Source: Tyzzerella sp.
GTDB lineage: Bacteria > Bacillota > Clostridia > Lachnospirales > Lachnospiraceae
Direction: 5' to 3'
Assembly (NCBI GenBank): GCA_017416155.1
Contig: JAFQDE010000010.1
Coordinates: forward strand, 1,476-65,475
DNA length: 64,000 nt
Shown here: positions 28,780 to 38,106 of the stretch, piece after piece
Layout of the letters: the number at the start of each line of letters is the position of its first letter
Position numbering within the stretch: the first letter of the stretch is position 1
The notes under the pieces: generated by a model
Seen by the model: only the letters and a program-made list of their open reading frames with translations
Told to the model about the DNA's origin: nothing
Database searches by the model: none
Program-made: the position numbers and the translations under genes

Positions 28780-30717
28780 ATGTTTGAATTTATATGTGTT
28801 ACTGTTGCGATAATTATTATACTTATTGCCACATCTTTTGGAATCAAAAACCGAAACGACATGAGCAAATGGATTTCCTGCGTTTTATTGGGTATTTTCT
28901 TCTCAGCCTTCTTTATGGTATTACCTACAGAATGGGTAAAGGAGGGCAAGATTGTTGAAAATGCAGGGCTTTATTCAATCCTCTCCTCCCTACTTTATAG
29001 TTTCAAGGTATTAGGAGGCAGACAAGATATTGCGCAATTAGAAACAATTGCATTGGACGGTGTTTTTAAAACAATATACATATATGTCAACTATATAATG
29101 TTCGCCTTATCACCTATTTTAGCTTCCAGTTTGATTTTATCGTTTATCGGTGATACCGGCGACAAAATCCGTTATGTCTTTTCATGGTCACCAAAATGTT
29201 ATGTCTTTTCCGAAATTAATGAAAACGCTCTTGCCCTCGCTAAGGGATTAGCAAATAAATCAGGCAAAAAAACATTAATATTTTGCAACGCCAAAAATGC
29301 GGATAAAAGTTTCATTACAAAAGCCAAAAAAACAGGCGCACTTTTACTTTATAAATCCTGCGAAGATATAAAAATCAATAAAAAATTTAGAACATACGAA
29401 TTCTGTCTTATCTCTAACGACGAAGACAATAATCTCAAATTAACTGAATCAATCACTACTAAACTCAAGCCTTCAAAAAGGACTAAAATTATCATTAATT
29501 CGTTTGTTGAAAGCGGAACTAATGTGAAATTTTTGGAAAGTGTTTTTAAATCAAAGAAAAACATCGATACAAACATGGAACTTCGGTGCATTGACGAAAT
29601 AGCTTTGTTTTGTAACCAGCTGATTTATGAGCATCCTCTGTATAATACAAAAGACAATGGCAACAACATTTCCGTAGTTATCATCGGTTGTGGCAAAACG
29701 GGTATGCGTATGCTGAAAACAGTATACTGGGCAGGTCAAATTGACGGATATAGTCTCAAAATAAGAGTGTATGATAAAAACGCCGAAAAAATACGTAAGG
29801 AATTTTATGGACAATGCCCAGGGCTTAAAGATGAAAAAACAATAGGGTTTATCGAAACAAATGTCAACACTCTGGATTTCAAAAAGGAGTTACTGTCTCA
29901 GGAGAACAGTTTAGACGCAACATATATTGTTGTTGCAATGGGTGATGACCAGTTGAATCTTTCCGTATCTGATGATTTATACAGGATATATAGAAAAAGT
30001 CGATCATTTAATGATGGGCAAATGCCAGAAATCTTTACACGTGTTCGCTCGGAGGTTAAAACTAATTCATATTTTGATAATATCAAATTCTTGAATGACC
30101 GCCATATTCATCTTTTCGGCACAACCGAATCCATTTTTTCGGATACAACATTATTTAATACCGAACTTGAAAATATGGCTTTTGCTGTTCATTTGGCTTA
30201 TTGGAAACGTCTGAACACCGAGAAAAGCAGCGAAGAATACAAAGAAGTGTACCGTGACTTCAAAACAAGCGAATATGACCGACGCTCATCAATGGCTACG
30301 GCATTACACATACCTGCAAAACTATGTATGGTTGATGGTATTCCAAAGTCTGATAAGAACATTTTAACGACTGAAAACATCAACATGATTGCAGAATGTC
30401 TTAAAAATGATAAAGATTTATGTAACCGACTTGCTATGAATGAACACAAACGTTGGAACGCATTTATGCTAAGTGAAGGTTATCAGACCGCCACACTCGA
30501 GGATATGATGCTATATTCCAAAACCACGAAAGAACATAAAGATGAACTGTCTATGCTCCATCCTTGCATAACTGATTGGGATGCATTGGATAAGTTGGAG
30601 AAAACATTTAACGAGGCATATAATAAGGATAAGCAATTTAAATTCTATGATCAGGAAATTATAGAAAAAATTCCTGTTATATGGGAAAAAACTCAGGAAA
30701 TGAATGGAGATGATTAA
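28780..30717 (+). CDS. Membrane protein with channel-like TM region, two RCK/TrkA-N-like Rossmann domains and C-terminal RyR repeats
   Basis: Three hydrophobic helices plus a re-entrant-like segment; VVIIGCGKTG (GxGxxG); RyR-like ENMAFAVHLAYW..YDRRSS and LAMNEHKRWNAFMLSEGY..HPCITDWDAL. Confidence 0.7.
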   Translation: MFEFICVTVAIIIILIATSFGIKNRNDMSKWISCVLLGIFFSAFFMVLPTEWVKEGKIVENAGLYSILSSLLYSFKVLGGRQDIAQLETIALDGVFKTIYIYVNYIMFALSPILASSLILSFIGDTGDKIRYVFSWSPKCYVFSEINENALALAKGLANKSGKKTLIFCNAKNADKSFITKAKKTGALLLYKSCEDIKINKKFRTYEFCLISNDEDNNLKLTESITTKLKPSKRTKIIINSFVESGTNVKFLESVFKSKKNIDTNMELRCIDEIALFCNQLIYEHPLYNTKDNGNNISVVIIGCGKTGMRMLKTVYWAGQIDGYSLKIRVYDKNAEKIRKEFYGQCPGLKDEKTIGFIETNVNTLDFKKELLSQENSLDATYIVVAMGDDQLNLSVSDDLYRIYRKSRSFNDGQMPEIFTRVRSEVKTNSYFDNIKFLNDRHIHLFGTTESIFSDTTLFNTELENMAFAVHLAYWKRLNTEKSSEEYKEVYRDFKTSEYDRRSSMATALHIPAKLCMVDGIPKSDKNILTTENINMIAECLKNDKDLCNRLAMNEHKRWNAFMLSEGYQTATLEDMMLYSKTTKEHKDELSMLHPCITDWDALDKLEKTFNEAYNKDKQFKFYDQEIIEKIPVIWEKTQEMNGDD

Positions 30718-30718
30718 T

Positions 30719-31015
30719 ATGTATATACCAAAACCAATTGATACAACAAGTATTCATCTGTCAAACGATTTATTAGAACTCACAGAAATAATCGCCGAAA
30801 ATGTTCACGAAGTTTGGGCGGAAGGTCGCATTAAGGAAGGTTGGACTTACGGAACAGTGCGAAACGATGAAAAAAAAGAAACGCCTTGCCTCGTTCCTTA
30901 TCATGAACTTCCCGAAATCGAAAAAGAATATGACAGGAACACGGCGATGGAAACCATTAAGCTGATTACTAAGCTTGGATACAAGATAAAGAAAGGGGAA
31001 TCATATTATGAATAA
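30719..31015 (+). CDS. Stand-alone RyR (ryanodine receptor repeat) domain protein
   Basis: YIPKPIDT, IAENVHEVWAEGRIKEGWTYG, PCLVPYHELPEIEKEYDR match the RyR repeat consensus closely; ATG 1 nt after the upstream stop. Confidence 0.9.
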   Translation: MYIPKPIDTTSIHLSNDLLELTEIIAENVHEVWAEGRIKEGWTYGTVRNDEKKETPCLVPYHELPEIEKEYDRNTAMETIKLITKLGYKIKKGESYYE

Positions 31016-32000
31016 AGCAACTGATTTTCATCCGGATAATTATGATGCTTTTATCAGTTACAAGCACCAAACAGGTTTTTATATGGCACAAGTAATATAC
31101 GATAAACTTGTACAAAACGGTTACTCGGTATTTATGGACAAAAGATTAGAACGAGGGGAATTTGAACCGCAAATCAAAGCTGCCATTGAAAAAAGTCGCA
31201 ACTTTATCCTTGTTTTGTTCCCGGAAGATTTAGATAATTGCGACAAAAACACCGATTGGCTTAGAAAAGAGGCGGATTGGGCGACAGCCACACCGAATAT
31301 GCATTTTATCCCTGTCTTTTGCGAAGACTTTAAAATTGATGAAGTTAAAGCAGAATTACCTGACTGTATAAATAAAGTTCTTTCTTCTAATGGAATTAAA
31401 ATACATAAAGACTATGCTCTTGATACTGATTTAGACGAGCTATGTGATATTGCATTAAAAAATGCGAATCCGGTAAGACCACTTATAAACACTGAAGAAT
31501 TTTTTAACAGTAATCTCAATGAAAAGAGTCATTTGTCAGTCAAAAGTATTGATATGGCTTTTCATGGTGGCGCAGCCTGGTTAAGAGCAGGTACAAAAAA
31601 AGAGATTTTGGATAGCATTTTGAAAAGAAAAATACCGACACGTATCTTAATAAATACTCCGGAAGCAGCCGAAAGTATTGCCAAACATATGCGTGATGAA
31701 TATGCACTATATTTCCCTTTTGAACAAGCGGGAAAATTGTGGAGTAAATATGCAGCAGACTATTCTGATGTATTGCAGGTTAGAGTTTCATCAATACCTC
31801 TCCTTCGTGTATATCACAACATTAAATTTAATGAAGACCAACTAAAGAATACGCATGACAGAATGCATATAAAATACTATGTTTACCAAAATATGAACCT
31901 GGAAAAATCTTTCGAACATGAATTAAGTAGTTTTTCAAAGTACTATGAAATCTATCAAAAAGAATTCGAATTCCTTTGGAGTTCAAGCACCCCAGTATAG
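31008..32000 (+). CDS. SARM1-like TIR domain fused to a PLD-like (DUF5919/TrmB-type) C-terminal domain
   Basis: YDAFISY, GYSVFMD, SRNFILVL, DWLRKE (E88), FIPV; C-terminus ends YYEIYQKEFEFLWSSSTPV; start overlaps the RyR gene stop. Confidence 0.85.
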   Translation: MNKATDFHPDNYDAFISYKHQTGFYMAQVIYDKLVQNGYSVFMDKRLERGEFEPQIKAAIEKSRNFILVLFPEDLDNCDKNTDWLRKEADWATATPNMHFIPVFCEDFKIDEVKAELPDCINKVLSSNGIKIHKDYALDTDLDELCDIALKNANPVRPLINTEEFFNSNLNEKSHLSVKSIDMAFHGGAAWLRAGTKKEILDSILKRKIPTRILINTPEAAESIAKHMRDEYALYFPFEQAGKLWSKYAADYSDVLQVRVSSIPLLRVYHNIKFNEDQLKNTHDRMHIKYYVYQNMNLEKSFEHELSSFSKYYEIYQKEFEFLWSSSTPV

Positions 32001-32030
32001 AAAAAGGCTATCATTTATGATAGCCTTTTT
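32001..32030. terminator. Bidirectional terminator
   Basis: AAAAAGGCTATCA-TTTA-TGATAGCCTTTTT. Confidence 0.8.
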
Positions 32031-32037
32031 TAACAAT

Positions 32038-33417
32038 TTACTTCTGTCTTATCTTTGGCAAAGCAATGTCATGTCCGAATTTAGAGAGTAAAACAGCCAG
32101 ATTGAAAAATTTAAAAAGTGCTGTAGCATAATTTTCTGTTTTATCAGTTAAGTATACATCTCTGCCGTCAAATTCCGCCCCAAAACGAGCCACAATCTTG
32201 GAGATATACTTGCTGTATGGTGTAATATCATCGTTGCACCAATAAAATTCCTCAAATATTTCGCCCTCATACTGGCCTTTTTTTCTATCGCTAATACGGA
32301 TTTTCCCATTTTCGAGCGTTTCTATCTGGAAGAACATGCGGGAAGATGAAAGAGAACAGCTCGCATCTACTCTACAATAAAGGCCCTTGTTTTCATCATA
32401 GGAAACACCTATTCCTTCCTTCAAAGTGTCTAGTAGAATCTTTGCATCAAGAATCTCCGCCTTTTCTGTCTCTTTATAAGAATAATCCTTATCTTTGTAG
32501 CATAAGAAGCATTTCGCTTTTGTATAATATAAGTCTGCATGAGCAACAAATATCAGCATTTTCAAATATTCAAAAAAGGTGAACGTACTAAGGAAACTAC
32601 CGGTCATTCTCCCCCTAGTAATCCAACCGGAATAACACACCTTTTTGAGGATATGTTCACACTTTTGCTTATCCTTAACTCTCCTTGACAAATGCCTGAT
32701 TGCGCAACCATTGTCATGAACATAAAAGATTCCATCCACTTGATGTAGAGATAATTTCAAATCAGCAGCGCCAAAGAATTTCGGTAACCTGAACGTAATT
32801 TCTTTTTCAGACATTTCTTTTACTATATGTTCAAAAAACATAGCAAGAACCTCTTCCGGTTCCGCAAACTTTGGTGCAGGCTTCCAATCTCTGATTGCCT
32901 TGGCCTGATCGGATTTCTTTTTGAGTTCACATCGAATATTTTCAATATTATCGACAACATAGTCGTAGATATTCTCATCTGCATCCTGCAAAAGAGCAAT
33001 GATAGATTCTTCTGACGAAATACTTCTGAGTGCATTCTTATACGATTGATGTAATTCTTTTAGGGCGCATAGAAAGATAACATCTGATGATAATACTTTT
33101 GATTCTCGTACCGAGACAATCTTCTCGCAAGAATCTATATCAAATTCCTCTTCGCGCACCTCGCTTTTTGCATTGCGTGACAAACGCAATCTAAAATACG
33201 CTGATAATCTGACTTCTTTGGAAAAAATATATCTCAATCGTTCTTCTTCAAATCGTACATAACCTGTATCTGAAACACAAAATCCGGTGTATTTTGTCTT
33301 ACAGAAATCTGCGACTGCTACAACGATATGCGAAGCACAGAGAAACTCACCACCGAATTCATTTTTTATTTCATCTGCCTTTTCTAGAATGGCCTTAAGC
33401 AACTCCGTCTGTACCAT
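32038..33417 (-). CDS. Hypothetical protein: Clp N-terminal-like repeat plus two DUF1828-like domains
   Basis: ILEKADEI..FLCASHIVVAV (ClpN-like); YVHDNG and IRISD motifs (DUF1828-like). Confidence 0.45.
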   Translation of the reverse strand: MVQTELLKAILEKADEIKNEFGGEFLCASHIVVAVADFCKTKYTGFCVSDTGYVRFEEERLRYIFSKEVRLSAYFRLRLSRNAKSEVREEEFDIDSCEKIVSVRESKVLSSDVIFLCALKELHQSYKNALRSISSEESIIALLQDADENIYDYVVDNIENIRCELKKKSDQAKAIRDWKPAPKFAEPEEVLAMFFEHIVKEMSEKEITFRLPKFFGAADLKLSLHQVDGIFYVHDNGCAIRHLSRRVKDKQKCEHILKKVCYSGWITRGRMTGSFLSTFTFFEYLKMLIFVAHADLYYTKAKCFLCYKDKDYSYKETEKAEILDAKILLDTLKEGIGVSYDENKGLYCRVDASCSLSSSRMFFQIETLENGKIRISDRKKGQYEGEIFEEFYWCNDDITPYSKYISKIVARFGAEFDGRDVYLTDKTENYATALFKFFNLAVLLSKFGHDIALPKIRQK

Positions 33418-33428
33418 AAAACACCTCT

Positions 33429-33884
33429 TTAACGCCTTAATATTTCAATAGCTTCTTTTACATTTGTTTCATCTAACCCATCATGGTAATTAGAAGTTTT
33501 CACAAAATGTCCTTCTAAAAATTCTGCACCTAAAAACATGTCATCAAGAACAACAAAATTATCAATATTCGAATGCTCATTAATCCAATGTTTAATTTCC
33601 AGTTCTCTCCTTAAATGTAATTTTGGTGTTTTGTCAAATATGCTGAGACCATATTCAGCAAAAATGGCATCGATTTGTTTGCCTGTAGCACTGCATTCAG
33701 ATGACTTTTTCTCCCAATGTTCACGCCATGATGTAGACAAAACAATATTGGCATCGGTTGCATCAATGACTTGCTTTAACAAAAGCATTCTTGTGGGATC
33801 GATAACAACTCCGTATTCTCCGCAGTTCTGAACATATTTTTCTGAATTTAACACTCCGTCAAAATCAAGAAATATCACTTTCAT
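33429..33884 (-). CDS. HAD-superfamily phosphatase (HAD_SAK_2, RNA-repair-associated type)
   Basis: IFLDFDGVLNS, IVLSTSWR, FVVLDD. Confidence 0.8.
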   Translation of the reverse strand: MKVIFLDFDGVLNSEKYVQNCGEYGVVIDPTRMLLLKQVIDATDANIVLSTSWREHWEKKSSECSATGKQIDAIFAEYGLSIFDKTPKLHLRRELEIKHWINEHSNIDNFVVLDDMFLGAEFLEGHFVKTSNYHDGLDETNVKEAIEILRR

Positions 33885-33887
33885 ACC

Positions 33888-34340
33888 TTACTGCAATTCT
33901 CCCCTCAACCGATAATCTCCATAAAAATCATACCCAATACTATATAACTGAAACGGTTTAGTAAAATCTCCATTTTCATCAATATATGTATACAGCGAAA
34001 GCGATTCATAATCTTCAGCTCCAAATCCCCATGAGTCCATCCAATATCTGCCGTCAGGTCGCACTGTCCAAACCATGATAAATCTGCTGTCATCAATCTT
34101 CTCAAATAAAACTTGATATTTGACAATCGGCTCTATTATAGATTTACCTAGTTCATCTTTTATTTTATCTGTGTATTCGACACCCGGAAATTCGCATATA
34201 TTCCCATCTTTATCCACAATTTGCTTTTTAATATCCTTCTCTTCATTGACAAATATAACGGTATAATCTTGTTTGATAACGAATTCATAATTTGGTTCAC
34301 TGATACAGTATTGGGTTAAATATATCTGTTCTTGCTTCAT
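33888..34340 (-). CDS. Hypothetical protein
   Basis: ORF tightly packed between plsC and the HAD gene; WTVRPDGRYWMDSWGFG. Confidence 0.6.
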   Translation of the reverse strand: MKQEQIYLTQYCISEPNYEFVIKQDYTVIFVNEEKDIKKQIVDKDGNICEFPGVEYTDKIKDELGKSIIEPIVKYQVLFEKIDDSRFIMVWTVRPDGRYWMDSWGFGAEDYESLSLYTYIDENGDFTKPFQLYSIGYDFYGDYRLRGELQ

Positions 34341-34342
34341 TC

Positions 34343-35077
34343 TTATACTAACTCCACATTCTTTTTGATCGTTTCCTGTATGATTGCCTGACACGTCGTT
34401 CCAATCACTTTTTGCTCATCTCTACTCAAATCCTTCGGATATATTGGTTTCCCGTATTCAATCACCACATGTGTCTTTTTAAGCTTTGGAAGATGGTTCT
34501 CAAATATCTCCGCTGAGTTATTAATCGCCACCGGCACAATTGGACATCCAGTCTTCAGTGCAATCTTAAACGAGCCTTCTTTAAATGGAAGCATACTGAG
34601 TTCTTCACCATTATTTCTGGTTCCTTCTGGAAAAATTGCAATGGATACACCTTGTTTAATGTATTCTATTGCCTGTAGAATTGTCTTCATTCCCTGCTTA
34701 ATATCTTTTCGATCAAGGAATAGGCAATAGATATATCGCATCCAAATCCGAAGAGACGGAATCTTTCCCAAAGAATCTTTCGCAACAAACCCCATCAATT
34801 CCTTATACTGCGTACACATAATTAAAATATCAAAAAAACTTCTGTGGTTTCCAACATACAAAGTTGCTTGATTCGGTATGTTTTCTTTACCAATCACAGT
34901 CACCTTGGTTCCACTAATAAAAAGCACGACCTGAAATCCCCACTGAACAATACGCAGGGAAGCATAATCCTTGGTCTTCTTGTTACATTTTCCTACAATC
35001 CACAAAATCGGATATAATAGGTATGACAATAGCAAGAATGTAACAACAAATATTACAGCTAAGATAAAACGAATCAT
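34343..35077 (-). CDS. plsC: 1-acyl-sn-glycerol-3-phosphate acyltransferase
   Basis: NHRSFFD and FPEGTR. Confidence 0.9.
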   Translation of the reverse strand: MIRFILAVIFVVTFLLLSYLLYPILWIVGKCNKKTKDYASLRIVQWGFQVVLFISGTKVTVIGKENIPNQATLYVGNHRSFFDILIMCTQYKELMGFVAKDSLGKIPSLRIWMRYIYCLFLDRKDIKQGMKTILQAIEYIKQGVSIAIFPEGTRNNGEELSMLPFKEGSFKIALKTGCPIVPVAINNSAEIFENHLPKLKKTHVVIEYGKPIYPKDLSRDEQKVIGTTCQAIIQETIKKNVELV

Positions 35078-35091
35078 ATCCTCTCCCCTTT

Positions 35092-35730
35092 CTACTCCAC
35101 CAAATCCTCCATAGTACACCCCAAAACCTTTGCAATACTATAAATTGTATCAACACTTGCTTTGTTAATATCCTTATTACGTTGCTCGTACATCTGAATA
35201 GAGCGAAGACTAACACCGGAACGTTTCGCAAGTTCTGCCTGTGTGAGGCCGTAGGCTGTGCGAATGCGCTTCAAATTAGTTGTTGGAAAATGCTCTTTCA
35301 TACGAGTTTCTATAATATCTACAAACTTGGAAATATCTGCTTCGTGCAAGGTGTAATACATCATTTGCAAGTCCTCAAAAGAAACCACTTTAAAAATATC
35401 GCTGTATTTTCTTCCCGAACACCATTGATAATAAGCCACTGCCCAGCCAATCCAATATTCTCTCGAACGCCCCATATGCTCCTGCAATTCGATATGCAAT
35501 TCTTGCCCCTTGGTTTCTGCCATAACGTCAACTACAACTTCTATTCCACTCTTTCCTGCGAGAAACGCCGGCTCGCCTCGTTCCATTCGTTTACTGATAC
35601 TGCTAACAATAAACAGCTTAACAAAGTCCTCACTTGGAATTCCACAGACATTAACCGCATAATCGAATGCATCACCCAATACAGATTGTGCTTTACTCAG
35701 ATAAATTTCTTGGTATGCGTGAGTCATCAT
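35092..35730 (-). CDS. Protein with C-terminal XRE HTH (DUF3990 partner)
   Basis: LTQAELAKRSGVSLRSIQMYEQ; overlaps the DUF3990 gene by 38 nt. Confidence 0.8.
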   Translation of the reverse strand: MMTHAYQEIYLSKAQSVLGDAFDYAVNVCGIPSEDFVKLFIVSSISKRMERGEPAFLAGKSGIEVVVDVMAETKGQELHIELQEHMGRSREYWIGWAVAYYQWCSGRKYSDIFKVVSFEDLQMMYYTLHEADISKFVDIIETRMKEHFPTTNLKRIRTAYGLTQAELAKRSGVSLRSIQMYEQRNKDINKASVDTIYSIAKVLGCTMEDLVE

Positions 35731-36385
35731 TTTTTATGCCTCCCCTCATAATGTCCTGTATATACAACCCGTCAATTTCTTCCTCCAGCATTTCTAAATA
35801 ACGCTGATTTGCTTCATCATCTCTCGACCTTCGTAAAACATAAAAAATTTCCTTTTCTGCAACGTCAAAGCCTTCATATTTCAATTTTGAGAAAGCATAC
35901 TGTGACTTAATAACAATCTGCTCTCCCAATTTCCCCAGCCTCATGGCGCGGGCCAATTGTTCGACTGAAATACCATTATTTAAAAACGATTCTGCGTAAT
36001 CAAAATAAGAATCATCTGCGCGATATCCTGTAACGATGTCAAAGGCATTCACGTTAACACCAAAATTGTCAATCAGATAGTGCTTCGCGCGTCTTGCTAC
36101 CGGAGTTTTGATAGAGAATAGTCTGTGTTGCAATAAAACGGCAATCCAATTTAGAATAGTATAATCCGGACTATTCAAATTTAGAATATTCAGATATTCT
36201 GTATCTATCGAGTAGCGATTAGAAAAACCATCTTGAAGAGAGGAAACAGCCCACTCTCTTGCGAGGTCATCACTCTGAGTACAATAGAATCCCAGACCAA
36301 AATCATTGTTCTTCTTCCCCAAGCCAAAAGCAGGTACTTCTACAATTTGTTTAGAACCATGGTATAATGTGATAAGTTTATCCAT
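35693..36385 (-). CDS. DUF3990-family protein
   Basis: LYHGS, NDFGLGFYCT, DIVTGYRADD. Confidence 0.8.
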   Translation of the reverse strand: MDKLITLYHGSKQIVEVPAFGLGKKNNDFGLGFYCTQSDDLAREWAVSSLQDGFSNRYSIDTEYLNILNLNSPDYTILNWIAVLLQHRLFSIKTPVARRAKHYLIDNFGVNVNAFDIVTGYRADDSYFDYAESFLNNGISVEQLARAMRLGKLGEQIVIKSQYAFSKLKYEGFDVAEKEIFYVLRRSRDDEANQRYLEMLEEEIDGLYIQDIMRGGIKNDDSRIPRNLSE

Positions 36386-36413
36386 TTCTGTTTCCTCCTC
36401 TTTATTTGATTTT

Positions 36414-36443
36414 ATTGTATCACTACAGTGATACTTTTGTCAA
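36414..36443 (-). promoter_or_regulatory. Sigma-A promoter with embedded palindromic operator
   Basis: TTGACA-N18-TACAAT containing GTATCACT-N2-AGTGATAC (36417-36434). Confidence 0.65.
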
Positions 36444-36471
36444 TGACGAACTTGGCAATAACAAATGTCAA

Positions 36472-37983
36472 CTACCGTCCGTATAAACGTGTAATTCTGG
36501 CAAGTTCTTTCGCCAGTCCCTCCGTCAAATCTTCCTTTTTATAGCGCCATGCCCAGTTATGTATCTCTTCTCCTGAAACACCTGGTGTATTCATACGTCC
36601 TTCACTTCCCACACCAAGCACATCCTGTAATGGGAAAATGGCATATTTCGCAACTGTACCAAGACATGCACGAATGAAATCCCAAGAAATGAGTCCCCCA
36701 TCGGTGTTCATATAACAGCGTACTTTGTCTCTGGAATACTCTTTGGCACTCTCATACCAACCGCGTGTTGTATCATTGTCGTGAGTCCCCGTATAGCATA
36801 CACAGTTTATATCTGTAAATTGATGTGGAAGATAGGTACTCTCTCCCTCTGCCTCAAAAGCAAACTGCAGAATCTTCATACCCGGAAAACCTAATTTCTC
36901 GCGAAGCGCATGTACCTCTGGTGTGATAAGTCCCAAATCCTCTGCAATAATCGGAAGGCCCTTGCCGAGTTCTTTTTCAATTGCGTCAAACAATTCTTCT
37001 CTCGGTCCCGGAACCCATGTGCCGTTTATGGCCGTCTTTTCGCCCGCAGGAACAGACCAATAACTTTCCAATCCTCTGAAATGGTCAATTCGCAGAACAT
37101 CACACATCTTTAACTGCTGGCGGACACGTGCTATCCACCATTTATAACCAGTCTTCTTATGCTTCTTCCAGTCATAAAGCGGATTCCCCCAAAGTTGCCC
37201 TTCCGCGCAAAAATAATCTGGCGGAACTCCCGCAACTGACGTTGGATATCCCTTGCTGTCTAATTGGAATAATCCTTGATTCGCCCACACATCGGCGCTG
37301 TCCAGCGAAACAAAAAGCGGAATGTCTCCTATGATTGTAACCTCTTTTTCGTTGGCATATGCCTTGAGTGCCATCCATTCTTTGTGAAACATAAACTGCA
37401 CAAAGTAATAATATTTTAACTCTTCGGCAAACTGTTTTTTCATCCGTTTTTTCATAGAGGCAGTCGGCTTACGATATCCTTTTTCCCAATCCAGCCATGA
37501 TTTGCCGTCGTGATGGTCCTTGCATGACATATAAAGTGCATAGTCCTGAAGCCAAAACAGATTCGCACTAACAAACTTATGATATTCATTACGCAACTCT
37601 GTACGTGCTACTTTTTCGAAGCGACCTGCTGCCATTCGCAAAATCTTTGTTTTCCAAGGAATGATATATCCGTAATCCACCTTATCACCGCTTCCAGCGG
37701 GACAATCATCTAGGTCCTCTACTCTGAGAAGTCCCAGTTCCAGCAAATGCTCCGGACTTACAAGAAGCGGCTGTCCTGCAAATGCAGAAAAACTCTGATA
37801 CGGTGAATCACCAAATCCTGTCGGTGTAAGTGGCAATGTCTGCCATATATGTTGACCGGACGCTTCCAAAAAATCTATAAATGCATACGCTTCCTTCCAC
37901 AAATCTCCGATTCCATAAGGCGACGGAAAGGATGTTGGATGAAGCAATATTCCTGATAATCTCGTTTGCTTGATGTCACTCAT
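36472..37983 (-). CDS. malQ: 4-alpha-glucanotransferase (GH77)
   Basis: GILLHPTS, LRIDHFRG, IAEDLG, YTGTHDNDT. Confidence 0.95.
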   Translation of the reverse strand: MSDIKQTRLSGILLHPTSFPSPYGIGDLWKEAYAFIDFLEASGQHIWQTLPLTPTGFGDSPYQSFSAFAGQPLLVSPEHLLELGLLRVEDLDDCPAGSGDKVDYGYIIPWKTKILRMAAGRFEKVARTELRNEYHKFVSANLFWLQDYALYMSCKDHHDGKSWLDWEKGYRKPTASMKKRMKKQFAEELKYYYFVQFMFHKEWMALKAYANEKEVTIIGDIPLFVSLDSADVWANQGLFQLDSKGYPTSVAGVPPDYFCAEGQLWGNPLYDWKKHKKTGYKWWIARVRQQLKMCDVLRIDHFRGLESYWSVPAGEKTAINGTWVPGPREELFDAIEKELGKGLPIIAEDLGLITPEVHALREKLGFPGMKILQFAFEAEGESTYLPHQFTDINCVCYTGTHDNDTTRGWYESAKEYSRDKVRCYMNTDGGLISWDFIRACLGTVAKYAIFPLQDVLGVGSEGRMNTPGVSGEEIHNWAWRYKKEDLTEGLAKELARITRLYGR

Positions 37984-38106
37984 GTTTTTATCCTCATTTT
38001 TCGTTCACAATATAAATTATTATACAAAACTATCTTTCCAAAGGCAAGATTTGTGTTATACTAATTAGAAAGGGATTTTTCTCATACATACAAAGGAGTG
38101 ACTATA

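Noticed and set aside
28780-32000. Canonical Thoeris or Trk/Ktr potassium uptake system
   Set aside because: No SIR2/SLOG or Macro ThsA and no TrkH/KtrB membrane subunit; RyR domains are not part of those systems.
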